From an uncultured Gemmatimonadales bacterium (lineage in GTDB: Bacteria > Gemmatimonadota > Gemmatimonadetes > Longimicrobiales > Gaopeijiaceae), in the NCBI GenBank assembly GCA_963823035.1, contig CAWGKG010000018.1, positions 416,001 through 480,000 on the forward strand: a stretch of DNA of 64,000 nt, read 5' to 3'. Numbering within the stretch: position 1 is the first letter of the stretch; the number at the start of each line of letters is the position of its first letter. Below the pieces are notes generated by a model. That model saw only the letters and a list, made by a program, of their open reading frames with translations. It had not been told where the DNA came from and did no database searches. Positions 17,152-28,180 of this stretch are shown piece by piece. The translations under genes were made by a program, and so were the position numbers.

Positions 17152-18126
17152 GCGCCTTGATCTCGTCCGTGAGGCGCGGCACCACCTCGAACAGGTCGCC
17201 CACGATGCCGTAGTCGGCCACGTTGAAGATCGGCGCGTCCGGGTCCTTGTTCACGGCCACGATCGTTCCCGAGGTGCGCATGCCGGCGAGGTGCTGGATG
17301 GCGCCCGAGATCCCGATGGCCACGTACAGCTTGGGCGCCACCGTCTTCCCCGTCTGGCCGACCTGCTCGCCGTGGGGGCGCCAGCCGGCATCCACGACGG
17401 CCCGTGACGCACCGAGCGCGGCCCCGTCCCCGATGGCGTCGCGCAGCGCCTCGAGCAGGTTCCAGTTCGAGGGGTCCTTCATCCCCCGCCCGCCCGACAC
17501 GATGATCGTCGCCTCGGCCACGTCGAGCGCGCCGTCCCCCGCCGCCTTCCGCTCGACGACGCGCACCTTCCACGACGCCGCATCGACCGAGGGGGTGAAG
17601 CTCTCCACCTTGCCGGCGGCCTGCCGCTCCTCCGGCTGGAAGACGTTCGGCCGGATCGTGACCATCGCGGGCGTCGCCTCCATGCGCAGGTGCGCGAACG
17701 CCTTGCCCGCGTAGACGGGGCGTATCGCGCGCACGGCGCCGTCGCTCGGCGTCGAGGCCCGTCACGTCGCTGGCCAGAGGAACGTCCAGGAGGGCCGCGA
17801 CCCTCGGCGCGAGGTCCTTTCCGAGCGTCGTGGCCGGAAAGACCACCGCGCCGTAGGAGCCGGCCCGGACCCGTTCGGCCACGACGGCCGCGTAGCCCTC
17901 CGGGTTGTAGTCGGCGAGGTCGGCGTGCTCACCGACCTCGCACGACGGCGGCACCGAAGCGTCCGAGGTCCGCGGCCGAGCCACCGACGCCCGGGCCGCC
18001 GAGCACGAGCGCGTGGACCTCACCGCCGAGGCCGGGCGCGATGCGGGCCGCGGCGCTCACCGCTTCCCGCGCAGCGCCCCGGATCTCACCGTCTCTCTGC
18101 TCCGCGAAGGCGAGCACGTCCGCCAT
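17135..18126 (-). CDS. etfA: Electron transfer flavoprotein alpha subunit; frameshifts near 17935 and 17745
   Basis: VSGGRG, GASRAVVDAGW, QVGQTGKTVAP, GISGAIQHLAGM. Confidence 0.95.
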
Positions 18127-18187
18127 TGCGTCTATCTCCGTAGGGGGTGTCTGTCGTCGATGTCGTGTCGTGCGAACCGCGCCGTCC

Positions 18188-18937
18188 TCAGAGGACGTTC
18201 GCCTCCGCACGCAGCAGGCGGACGAGCTCCGGCGCGGCGTCCGCGCCCTCGCCGACGATCTTCCCCGCGGCCCGCTCCGGCGGGTACTCGAGGCGCTCGA
18301 CCGTGATCCGGCCTTCCGTCGCGCCTGCCGGCTTCTGCTCGAGCGGCTTCTTCTTGGCCGCCATGATGCCCTTCAGGGAGGCGTAGCGGGGCTCGTACGT
18401 GCCCTTCGTGATCGTGAGCAGCGCGGGCAGCCGGGCCTCCACGACCTCCACGCCGCCCTCCACCTCGCGGTGGCACGTCACCGTGCCGTCGCCGAGCTCG
18501 AAGGAGCCGACCCCGGTCACGCAGGGTCGGCCGAGCAGCACCGCCGTCATCGGGCCCACCTGCTGCTGGTCGTCGTCCGCGGCCTTCACGCCGAAGAGGA
18601 TGAGCGGGGCGTCCGCACCGTCGAGCTCCGCCGCGAGCGCCTTGGCCGTGGCCAGCCCGTCCGTGGAGGCCCCTCCCTGCAGGAGGACCGCCTTGTCGGC
18701 GCCCATGGCGAGCCCGGCCCGAAGCGTCTCCTGGGACGCGTCGTCCCCCAGGGTGACGAGCGTCACCTCACCCGAGCCCGCGCCCTCCTTGGTGCGCAGC
18801 GCGGCCTCGACGGCGAACTCGTCGTAGGGGCTCATGATGAACTTGACCCCCGCGGGGTCGATGTTCGTGCCGCTCTCGCCGATCCGGATTCGGGTCTCGG
18901 TGTCCGGCACTCGCTTCACGCATACGATGACGTCCAA
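18188..18937 (-). CDS. etfB: Electron transfer flavoprotein beta subunit (TTG start)
   Basis: IVCVKRVPDT, PYDEFAVEAAL, LAMGADKA, PRYASLKGIMAAKKK. Confidence 0.95.
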   Translation of the reverse strand: MDVIVCVKRVPDTETRIRIGESGTNIDPAGVKFIMSPYDEFAVEAALRTKEGAGSGEVTLVTLGDDASQETLRAGLAMGADKAVLLQGGASTDGLATAKALAAELDGADAPLILFGVKAADDDQQQVGPMTAVLLGRPCVTGVGSFELGDGTVTCHREVEGGVEVVEARLPALLTITKGTYEPRYASLKGIMAAKKKPLEQKPAGATEGRITVERLEYPPERAAGKIVGEGADAAPELVRLLRAEANVL

Positions 18938-19097
18938 CGCAGAACTCCGTTCCACAAGGTCCGGGCGCCTCGGTCGGGCGCCGCAATACTCGCTGTCGTC
19001 GAGACGGGAGGAGGGTCGTGGCGGCGTACCCCCCACCCCACTCGTGGATCCGCCCCGGGCGCACCCGTCGAGGCCGGCGCTCCGGGACCGATCCTCC

Positions 19098-20512
19098 CTA
19101 CAGGACCGCCCCCAGGATCGCGAAGCAGACGGCCGCGATCCCGCCGCCCACCAGCGCGTACGGCAACTGCGTGCGCACGTGGTCGATGTGGTCCGTGGCT
19201 GCCGCCATGGACGCGATGATCGTGGTGTCCGAGATCGGCGAGCAGTGGTCGCCGAACACGCCACCGGACAGCGAAGCCGCCACGAACGGTGCGGCAGGTA
19301 GCCCGAGCGTCATGGCGGCCGGCACCGCGATCGGCAGCATGATCGCGAAGGTCCCCCAGCTGGTCCCGGTCGAGAACGCGATGGTGGCCGCCACCACGAA
19401 GACCAGCGGGAGGAAGAGGTACGGCGGCAGGAGCCCCGAGGTCACCTGCGCCACGTACTCGCCCGTGCCCAGCTGCTTGGCCACGCTCCCCAGGGCGATC
19501 GCCAGGAGGAGGATGAGCGCGAGCGGCACGAGCCCACCCGCCCCTTTCAGGCCGACCTTCACCAGCTCGTGCGGTCGTGTACGCCTTCTGGGCGAGCAGC
19601 AGGACCCACGCGGTGCCCAGCCCCACGAGCACGGACCAGAGGACGGACGTCGAGCCCGAGCCGGCCAGGAGATCGCCGTCTCCCGTGATGAACAAGGCCG
19701 ACGGGCATGAACAGCACCATGGCGGCGATGGGCAGGAACATGTTGTAGGCGCGCGGCTCGATGCGGTCGTTCGGCTTCGGCGAGAGGATCTCCTCGTCGA
19801 TCATCGGCGTCGCGCCGGGCCACAGGACCTCTCCGCGCCGCGTCCGCTCCTCCGCCTTCCGCATCGGTCCGAAGTCGAGTCCCCACAGGATGACGGCGAG
19901 CACCAGCAGGACCGCGACGATCGCGTAGAAGTTGAGGACCACGGCCTCGAGGAAGACCTTGAGCGGATCCTGCACGCCCAGCCCCTCGAGGATGCCCAGG
20001 TTGTAGGCGCCCCACGCGTTCATGGGAATCAGGATGCAGATGGGCGCCGAGGTCGAGTCGATGATGTAGGCGAGCTTCTCGCGCGAGCACCGGTAGCGGT
20101 CGCACAGCGGGCGCGCCACCGCGCCCGACACCAGGACGGTGATGTTGGACTCGATGAAGATCACGCAGCCCGTGAAGAAGGCCAGGAGCTGCGAGCGCTT
20201 CGCGTTCGTCACCCAGTTCGTCCGCTCCAGGTACGCGACGAAGCCGCGCACGCCGCCCGAGGCCTCGACCGTGGCGATGAGCGCGCCGATCACGATCGTG
20301 AAGAGGATCGCGCGCGTGTTGCCCTCGTCCTGGAACACGGAGACCACGCCCTGGATGGCGCCTCCCATCCCCGCGACCGGATTCCACCCGGCGAGGATCG
20401 TCCAGCCGAGCCAGAGCCCTCCGGCGAGGGACAGGTAGACCTGTCGGCTCCAGATCGCCAGGACGATGGCCAGGACCGGGGGGAGCACCGAGATCCAGGT
20501 GGGATCGCTCAT
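19098..20512 (-). CDS. Na+/H+ antiporter NhaC-family transporter; frameshifts near 19700 and 19570
   Basis: SREKLAYIIDSTSAP, FSTGTSWGTFAIM, GGVFGDHCSPISDTTI. Confidence 0.85.
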
Positions 20513-21072
20513 CCGTTCTTCCTTGGAGGGGGAACGCGGGATACGCCCGGGGAGCCGAGAACATAGAACCGCAGCGGCCGATCCGCCGCCGCGCGCACGC
20601 CGACGCGTCCTCCGACGCCGACCGCGGTGTCCGGGACCTTCCATCCCGGCTCCAGCGTCAGAGGGGGTCGGAGGAGGTCGTGTCCGTAGAGGGCATCCGT
20701 GATCCCGAGCGCCTCACACAGCCTGCCGGGTCCCGCCGCGAGCGGACGCTTCCCCCGTCGCCGGAGCGCCATCGTCTCGGCGCCCATCAGCGGATCGAGC
20801 CCACGCAGGAGCACGGCCTGGGGGTCCCCTTCGGCCCCGGTCACCACGTTCACGCACCAGTGCATCCCGTAGATGCGGTACACGTACGCGTGCGCCGGCG
20901 GACCGAACATGGCGCGGTTGCGTCGGGTGCGCCCGACGCGGGTGGCGGCGTGCGAGGCGGGGTCGTCCGCTCCCTCGTACGCCTCGACCTCGACGATCAC
21001 TCCGGAGGTCACGGCGCCCCCCACTCGGGAGGTCAGGCGCGCGCCCAGCAGCCTACGCGCTACCTCGGCCAC
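20509..21072 (-). CDS. mpg: DNA-3-methyladenine glycosylase (start uncertain)
   Basis: IVEVEAY.G..DPASHA, YVYRIYGMHWCVNVV, GPGRLCEALGI. Confidence 0.9.
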   Translation of the reverse strand: MAEVARRLLGARLTSRVGGAVTSGVIVEVEAYEGADDPASHAATRVGRTRRNRAMFGPPAHAYVYRIYGMHWCVNVVTGAEGDPQAVLLRGLDPLMGAETMALRRRGKRPLAAGPGRLCEALGITDALYGHDLLRPPLTLEPGWKVPDTAVGVGGRVGVRAAADRPLRFYVLGSPGVSRVPPPRKNG

Positions 21073-21165
21073 GGGCCTGGAGAAGAGCCCCGCGGCGAAG
21101 GCGCTCGCCGGCGGGACGTCCGCGCGCCACGGGAGCGCAACCCCCGTCTTCCGGCGCGCCTGCCT

Positions 21166-23039
21166 TCAGGACTCGTTCCGACCCCGGGGACCCCGTCGGC
21201 GACCGCCTCGGCGGCCGCCTCGCTCCGAGCGGCTGTTGTCCCCTCCGCCTCCGCCGTCTCCGCCGCCGGAGCGACGGCCCAGCCGGCGCTCGTAGTCCGT
21301 GTGCCAGGCTTCGAGCACCTGCTCCGCCCGCTTCGGCGTCACCGCCGCTTTGATCGCGTCGGGATCGTCCCGCAGCACCCGGAACAGATCCGTCCCGAAG
21401 CGCTCCACCAGCGACTCGGCCGTCTTCTCACCAACGCCGCGATAGCGGTGCGTGAGGTAGCGGGCGATCGCGTCGGGATCGGTGGGGAGCCCCAGCTCGC
21501 CCGCGTCGAACGGACCGGAGTTGCCGGCGCTGGTGCCCACGGGAGCCGCAGCCGCTCCGACGGTCTCCTGGTCCGGCTCGTCGTGATGCGGGGACGACAC
21601 CACCTGCCCCTCGAAGAGCGAAGGCGCATCGTCTTCGTAGCGGCGACGTGTGGACCCGCGACGCGGGCCGAGGCGCCTGCCGACGTCGCTCACCTCGTCC
21701 GGATCGATCTCGATGAGCGCCGGCTCCCCCGCTGTGGCCGCTTCGGTCTCGACGACCACGGCCTCCTCGGACGACGGCTCCTTCGCGGACGGCTCCCGCT
21801 CCTCCGGGGCCGCCGGCTCGCGACGTGGCTCCGGCTCCCGCGTCCTCTCCCTTCGAGACGCGTCCCCGCCAGGAAGCGTCACCTCGTAGTTGCCCGCCTC
21901 GGTCTTGAGGAGGCGGACGACGTCGTGGTCCTCGGCCTGCGAGAGGAACTTGCTGAACTTCGAGAACCCGAGCTCCGCCTCGTCGAAGCCGCCATCGAGC
22001 TCGAGCATCTTCCGCTTCACGTCCGAATCGCGAACCGGATCGCGTCCCGCCTCCCGCAGCTCCTCGAGCGAGCGCGTCATCAGGGCGTAGGCTGCGCGCA
22101 GCGGGTCGCCGGACTCGGCTTCGGGCGGAGGCGGGGGTGCGGGTTCGGGGGTAGAGGGCTCGGGTGCCGACCTGGCGCGGGGCTCCCGCTCACGGCGCTC
22201 TCCACGGCCACGGCCGCGCTCGCGCCGGGTGGTCTCCCGCTCCTCGCCGTCGTCCCGCCGCCCGCGACCGCGCCGCGGACACCTCGTACTGACCGTTGTC
22301 GAGCTTGTGCAGCTTCACCAGCCCGCGCGACGAGGCCTCCGTGAGGAACTTCGAGAACTTGCTGAAGCCGAGGCCGCTCTCGTCGAAGGCGGGATCGATC
22401 TCCTGCATGACCTGCTTGAGGCGATCCGAGCGCATGACGTCGTCGCGGTCGCTCATGCGCTTGAGCGCGTCCCTCACCAGGATCCAGGGGTCCTGATCCC
22501 GCTGGTCGGACTCGGTGGTCTTCTTGAGCCCGGACAGGCGTGGTGTACGAGTAGTACTCGTCGCAGTTCTGGACGAGGATGTCCGAGGTGGACTCCTGGA
22601 TGCCCACGCCGATCACGTACTTGCCGTATTCCTTCAGCTTGAGCACGAGGCTCGAGAAGTCGGAGTCCCCCGTGAGCAGGATGAACGTCCCGATCTCCGG
22701 GCGCGTGAACACCAGCTCGACCGCGTCGATGGCCATGCGGATGTCGGTGGCGTTCTTCTTGTTGCTCCCGTAGGCGGGGGCGAAGATCAGATCCACCGAG
22801 GCCTCGGAGAGAGGCACGATGTACTGCGGGTAGCGCCGCCAGTCGGCATAGGCGCGCTGGACGCTGACCTTGCCCTTGATGACGTCGGAGCCGAGGAGCG
22901 TCTTCAGCTCCTTGGAGAGGTCGCTGCGCATCCCCATCGTGACGTTGTCGAAGTCGATGAGGAGGGCTGCGTGGGGTGAGTCGGACACCCCGATGGCTAC
23001 GCCCCCCTGGTGGGGAGCGCGCGTGTAGGGACTACTCAT
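21166..23039 (-). CDS. NYN-domain protein with two OST-HTH/LOTUS domains and a C-terminal HhH; frameshifts near 22540 and 22270
   Basis: LLIDFDN, KNATDIRMAIDA, LTGDSDF; two FDE..LGFSKFSKFL units; YRGVGEKTAESLVERFG. Confidence 0.8.
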
Positions 23040-23166
23040 GCGTTGTGTATCTCGCTGACCGAGTTGTGGTTGGCCGCGAGACCTCCCCACCTCTTCCGCG
23101 TCCTTCAGGACCACGGACGGGGTCGGGGAAGCCTGGCAACGCCCATCCGGGCGCTTGCGGCATGCT

Positions 23167-24764
23167 TCAGGCCGAACGGCCCATCGACTGTACGAGTCGG
23201 GAGAGCTCGATCCGGCGGATCTTACCCGTTCCCGTGCGAGGGAGGGCGTCGAAGAAGCGAACCTGGTCCGGGATCTTGGTGTCCGCGAGCGTTCCGCGGC
23301 ACCAGTCCACGATTTCCTGGCTCGTCACGATCGCCCCCTCCACGGGGACGATGCAGGCGCAGGTGGCTTCACCGAGGAGAGGGTCGGTCACGCCGACCAC
23401 CGCTGCCTCGCGTACCGCCGGGTGCGCCTCGAGTCGAGACTCGACCTCCCGGGGGTACACGTTGAAACCAGCTCTAATGATAACTTCTTTCCGGCGGCCC
23501 ACCAAATGGACGTAGCCCTCCTCGTCCACGATCCCCAGGTCACCGGTGAGGAGGTAGCCGTCGCGATCGAAGGCCGCGGCCGTCTCGCCGGGCTGGCGGT
23601 GGTAGCCGAGCATCACGCCGGGGCCCTTCACCGCGATCTCCCCGACGCTCTCGACGGGGAGCTCCTGCCCATCGCGCTCGAGGATGCGCAGCTCGGTTCC
23701 CGGCAGCGGCTTTCCGACGGTGTACGTGCGCTTCTCCTCGGGGTCGTCCGGACGGGCGACGCACAGGGTCGAAGAGGTCTCCGTCAGGGAGTACGCGACC
23801 AGCACCGTGTCACAGAGTTGATCGCGGATCCGCCGCACGAGGTCGTCGCCCACGGGCGCGCCCGAGGGCATGGCGACACGAAGGCTGGACAGATCCCGAG
23901 CGCGTTCCCGCTGCGCCGCGATGTCCGCGATGAAGCTCGTCGGCACCCCGCAGAGCACGGTCGCCCGGTGACGGACGATCAGGTCGAGGGTGCCGTGGGC
24001 GTCCGGCTCCAGATCGAGCACGAGCGCCGCCCCCGCCGCCAGCGTGGACAGCAGTCCGGGCCCGAGCCCGAATACGTGATGGAGCGCGCTCACCCCCACC
24101 ATCCGGTCGTCGGGGCTCAGCCCCAGCGCTGCGGCCGTGCCCGCCGCCACGGAGAGGAGGTTGGCGTGCGACAGCTCGACGCCCTTCGGCTTCCCCGTGG
24201 TCCCGGACGTGTAGACGATCGCGAAGCAGTCCTTCACCGGATCGATGTCCGGGGAGGGATAGTCGCGCCCCCAGCCTGCGGACATGAGGTCCTCGTACTG
24301 GAAGATACGGTCGTCGTACCAGAGGTCCTCCTCACCGACCGTCACCAGGTACTGCAGCTCGGGAAGCCGCACGAGGAGCTCCTCGAACAGCTGCAGGAAA
24401 TCGATGTCCCACGCGCGCTCCACCGTCACCGCGCATACGGCCTCGGAGTGCCGGAGCGTGTACTGCAGCTCCCCCGGTGGCTGACGCGGGTCGAGCGGAA
24501 CGATCACGCCTCCCGAGCTTCGCGACCGCGAAGAGCGAGACGACGAACTCGGGGCAGTTCGGCAGGACGAGCGCCACGCGGTCGCCGGCCTCGACTCCGA
24601 GGTTCGCAAGGCCGGCTGCGAGCGCGTCGGACCGGCTGTCGACGTCGCCGAAGGTGAGCGCGCCTCCCGCACCGAGGAGATAGGCCCGTCCCGGATCCGA
24701 GGTCGCCCTGGTGGCCAGGGCTGCCCCGACGCTGGACCCTCTGAAGCGCTCAGCTGAGCGCCAT
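23167..24764 (-). CDS. Long-chain acyl-CoA synthetase / AMP-binding enzyme; frameshift near 24510 and probably near the start
   Basis: YTSGTTGKPKG, YSLTE, TGDLG, GRRKEVIIRAGFNVYPREVE, TGKI. Confidence 0.9.
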
Positions 24765-24778
24765 GGCACCTCCGCCGT

Positions 24779-25927
24779 TCACGATGTCACCCCATCGGCC
24801 TTCCGGTCACCCAGCACCTCCGCGAGCAGAGCGGCGACGGCGGCATGCGGCACGTCGCGGCTCCACCCGTGGGTGTTCTCCACCACCCCGACGCGCTCGA
24901 GGAGCACGTAGCGGGGCTGGCCCCGCCGGGCCTTCTTGTCCGCTCCCAGGAATCCCAGCACCGCGGCCTCGTCCACGACATCCCGCGGGACGGTACCGAG
25001 ACCGAAACGCGCCAGCGTGTCGGTCAACCGCTTCGCCGTTCCGTCTTTCGTTACGCCCAGGTCCTCGCCCAGGCGCGCCTCGAGCACCATACCCGCAGCC
25101 ACGGCGCTCCCGTGACCGATCGACCAGGACGCGGCCGCCTCGATCGCGTGCCCCAGCGTGTGCCCGAAGTTGAGGACCTGGCGCAAGCCCGACTCCCGCT
25201 CGTCCTCGCTGACGACGCGAGCCTTGATCTGGACGGAGCGGAGCACCGACGCGCGTGTCGCGGCGACGTCGCCGGCCATGAGCGGCGATGCCTCCTCGCC
25301 GAGCCGGTCGAAGTAGGCGTCGTCCAGGATGGCCCCGTGCTTCACCGCCTCCGCCAGCCCCTGCGCGCGCTCCATCGAAGGCAACGTCCGGGTGACCTGC
25401 GGATCCGCCAACACCACGCGCGGTGCGTGGAACGCCCCGACGAGGTTCTTGCCTGCGCGGACATCCACACCGGTCTTGCCCCCGACCGAAGCGTCGACCA
25501 TCGCGACCATGCTCGTGGGTACCTGCACCAGCGGAATGCCCCGAAGGTAGGTGGCGGCCACGAATCCCGCGAGGTCCCCGGTGACCCCTCCGCCGAGCGC
25601 GACCACGACCGCGTCGCGTCCGAGTCCGGCCGCGAGCATGCGGTCCGTGAGGATCGACCACTGCTCGCGCGTCTTGGAGGCCTCCCCGTGCGGGAAGGAG
25701 AAGAGGTCGGCGTTCAGCCCCTCCCCGCGGCAACGCGCGGTCGCGTCCTCGCCGTAGAGCGCCGCCACGTTGTCGTCGGACACGATCGCGTAGCGGTGCG
25801 CCGGCGCATACTCCCGCAGGAGGTCGGGGAGGTGCGCGAGAAGCCCCTCCCCCACGAGGACCGGATACGCGCCGGATCCCGAGCCGACGAGGACGGAGGA
25901 GACCGTGGGATCTCCCGGATCGCTCAT
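24779..25927 (-). CDS. aroB: 3-dehydroquinate synthase
   Basis: GEASKT, LGGGVTGDLAGF, VDASVGGKTG, LNFGHTLGHAIE. Confidence 0.97.
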   Translation of the reverse strand: MSDPGDPTVSSVLVGSGSGAYPVLVGEGLLAHLPDLLREYAPAHRYAIVSDDNVAALYGEDATARCRGEGLNADLFSFPHGEASKTREQWSILTDRMLAAGLGRDAVVVALGGGVTGDLAGFVAATYLRGIPLVQVPTSMVAMVDASVGGKTGVDVRAGKNLVGAFHAPRVVLADPQVTRTLPSMERAQGLAEAVKHGAILDDAYFDRLGEEASPLMAGDVAATRASVLRSVQIKARVVSEDERESGLRQVLNFGHTLGHAIEAAASWSIGHGSAVAAGMVLEARLGEDLGVTKDGTAKRLTDTLARFGLGTVPRDVVDEAAVLGFLGADKKARRGQPRYVLLERVGVVENTHGWSRDVPHAAVAALLAEVLGDRKADGVTS

Positions 25928-27131
25928 CCGCGCACCCGCGCGCGCGTGGTGACGCCTGGAGGCAGCCCGACGCGTAGGATCGCCCCGGCGTGCCCGTCCA
26001 CGTCGACGGCCTCGAGCGTCGCGGCACCCGGCAGCCCGTCGAGGTGGCCCCTCAGCGCGGCCACGAACGCGTCGCGAGCCGCGGCGTCGTCCCACACCGA
26101 TGCCCATGCCAGACCCTCGCGGCCGTCCGGGAGCCGAACCAGGGCGTAGTCGTCGCCCACCCCACCCGTCGGCGAAGTGCGCGCTCCCCTCTCCGATCCT
26201 CGTGTCGAGCAGCACGCCGGTCTCCAGACGCCCGAGGTCGTCGCGGCGGACGACCTCCGCTCCCTCCACCTCGACGTCCAGCGGGACGGGAGCGTCGTCG
26301 AGGTCGTGCGTCAGCACCTGCTCCGTCGAACGCGGCAGGTAGTCGCCGAAGGGTGCGACCCGACTTACCCTCGTGCCATAGAGCCTGGACGTACCCCGCC
26401 CCCTCCACGTACGGAAACAGCAGCGACTCCTGGATCACGGGGGGCGCGCTCGCCAGCGCCGGGAACTGGGTGCGAATGCCCTCCAGCGCGGGGCGGAGGG
26501 AGGCCGCGAAATCCGGGATCTTCGACAGGTCCACCTTGGAGCCCTGCATCTGCTCCGTGAGGTACTCGAGCATCACGAGCGTCGCGTGGCCCTCGATCGC
26601 AGCCTGCGCCGCGTTCTTCCGGTCGTTGCCCAGGTGGTCGTCCGTGAGGGCGTGCAGGTCGACGGTCTGATCCTGCACGGCGTGGACCAGCTCGTGCACG
26701 AGCAGCCCCTGCACGGCGCCCTCGGGCTGGTCGTCGAGCACGAAGAGCGCCGTCGAGTCCGGCTCGTAGAAGCCCGCGACCTGCTCGGTGTAGAGCGCCA
26801 GCAGCACGGCACGCAGGTCCAACGAGTCCGGGACCAGTCCCAGGAGCGCGTACGCGGCGACCGTGGCACGCGCCTCCTCCTCCGGAAGCTCCTCGTCGAG
26901 CTTGGCGCGCAGGTAGCGCACGAGCTGGTCGCGGCTCCGCATCTCCAACCGCACCGGCGCCTTGAGCTCCATGCCGGCACGGCGGGCGAGATCGGGGAGG
27001 AGGGCCGCCGCGAGCTCCGCGAGATGGGGATCCGAGGACTGCACGAGCGAAGACGCCTGCTGCGCGCCGGAGTCGCACGCCCCGAGGGCCAGCGCGGCCA
27101 CGGCGAGCACCAGCCGGAGGAGCTTCGTCAT
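25924..27131 (-). CDS. Lipoprotein, putative zincin metallopeptidase; frameshifts near 26365 and 26160
   Basis: LGAC lipobox; VAGFYEP, LVHELVHAVQDQ, AAIEGHAT, LLFPYVEG. Confidence 0.75.
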
Positions 27132-27661
27132 CGCAGCGCCCCGGGAAGGAGGTCACCCGGGGGAAGGACCACCGGAAAGCGACCGGGAGCCCATCCGGCC
27201 GCGCGCGCGACCTCCGCCACGGTCCGGCCACTCCGGGGATCCCGCCATTCGGGCGCGACGTCGAGGAGGGGCACCACCACGAAGTCGCGGGAGGCCCATC
27301 GCTCGTGCGGGACGTGCAGCCCGGGTTCGTCTACCACGTCGTCTCCCACGAAAAGGACGTCCACGTCGAGCACGCGTGCCGCGCCGGGCTCCGTACGCAC
27401 CCTGCCTGCCTCCCGTTCGAGCCGGTCCGCGAGGCCCAGCGCGTCCCGTGCGCCCAGGGATCCTCGCCCGCGCACCACGGCGTTCAGATAGCTCGGCTGG
27501 TCCGCGCCCCCCTCCGGTGGGGTGCGGTAGACGCCGGAGGCCTCCGTTTCGTCCAGGACCCCGGCGAGTCCGGCACCCGCCCTGGCGAGCGCCTCGAGCG
27601 GCATGCCCAGATTGGCGCCCAGCGCGAACATGATGGTCTTCGTTTTCCGGCTCCGGATCAC
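27128..27661 (-). CDS. folK: 2-amino-4-hydroxy-6-hydroxymethyldihydropteridine diphosphokinase
   Basis: ALGANLG, YRTPP, YLNAV, RVLDVDVL, LHVPH...RDFVVVPL. Confidence 0.92.
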   Translation of the reverse strand: MIRSRKTKTIMFALGANLGMPLEALARAGAGLAGVLDETEASGVYRTPPEGGADQPSYLNAVVRGRGSLGARDALGLADRLEREAGRVRTEPGAARVLDVDVLFVGDDVVDEPGLHVPHERWASRDFVVVPLLDVAPEWRDPRSGRTVAEVARAAGWAPGRFPVVLPPGDLLPGALR

Positions 27662-28056
27662 GCGCCCGCGGAACCCCCCGGAGCACGCCCATAGCGGTCC
27701 TGGAAGCGAACCACGTCTTCCAGATGGGGCGTGGATGCCTCCAGCACGTCCGCGTCCGTGACCGCGACGATGCGATGGACGGTCCTGGGTGTCACCCGGA
27801 AGGACTCCCCCGCCCCGAGCCGCACGTCCTCGAGGCCGTCGGGAGCGGTACCCACCTCCAGGCGGATCTCGCCGGTCAGGAGGTGGAGGGTCTCGTCCTT
27901 CACCTCGTGCATCTGCACCGAGAGCGCCTCGCCGGCGTTCACGTGCAGGATCTTCCCCACGTAGAGGTCGGTTTCCGCCCAGATCAGCTCGTAGCCCCAG
28001 GGCTTCTCCACCCGCCGCGGCGTCGTCTTCAAGCGTGGCTTCTCCCGCTCCGGCAC
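27658..28056 (-). CDS. Cupin protein (mannose-6-phosphate isomerase type II-like)
   Basis: VEKPWGYE, LSVQMHEVKDET, HRI...LEASTP...DVVRFQDRYGR. Confidence 0.85.
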   Translation of the reverse strand: MPEREKPRLKTTPRRVEKPWGYELIWAETDLYVGKILHVNAGEALSVQMHEVKDETLHLLTGEIRLEVGTAPDGLEDVRLGAGESFRVTPRTVHRIVAVTDADVLEASTPHLEDVVRFQDRYGRAPGGSAGA

Positions 28057-28180
28057 CAGGTACCCCTCGATGGGGTAGGAACGTCAGACGTTGACGGCGC
28101 GGCGGGACGGGGTCAAGACGGCTCTGCCGCGCAGCGCTGGAGCGCGTCGTATCACGCCCCTTCGAAAATTCCGGAGCGAC

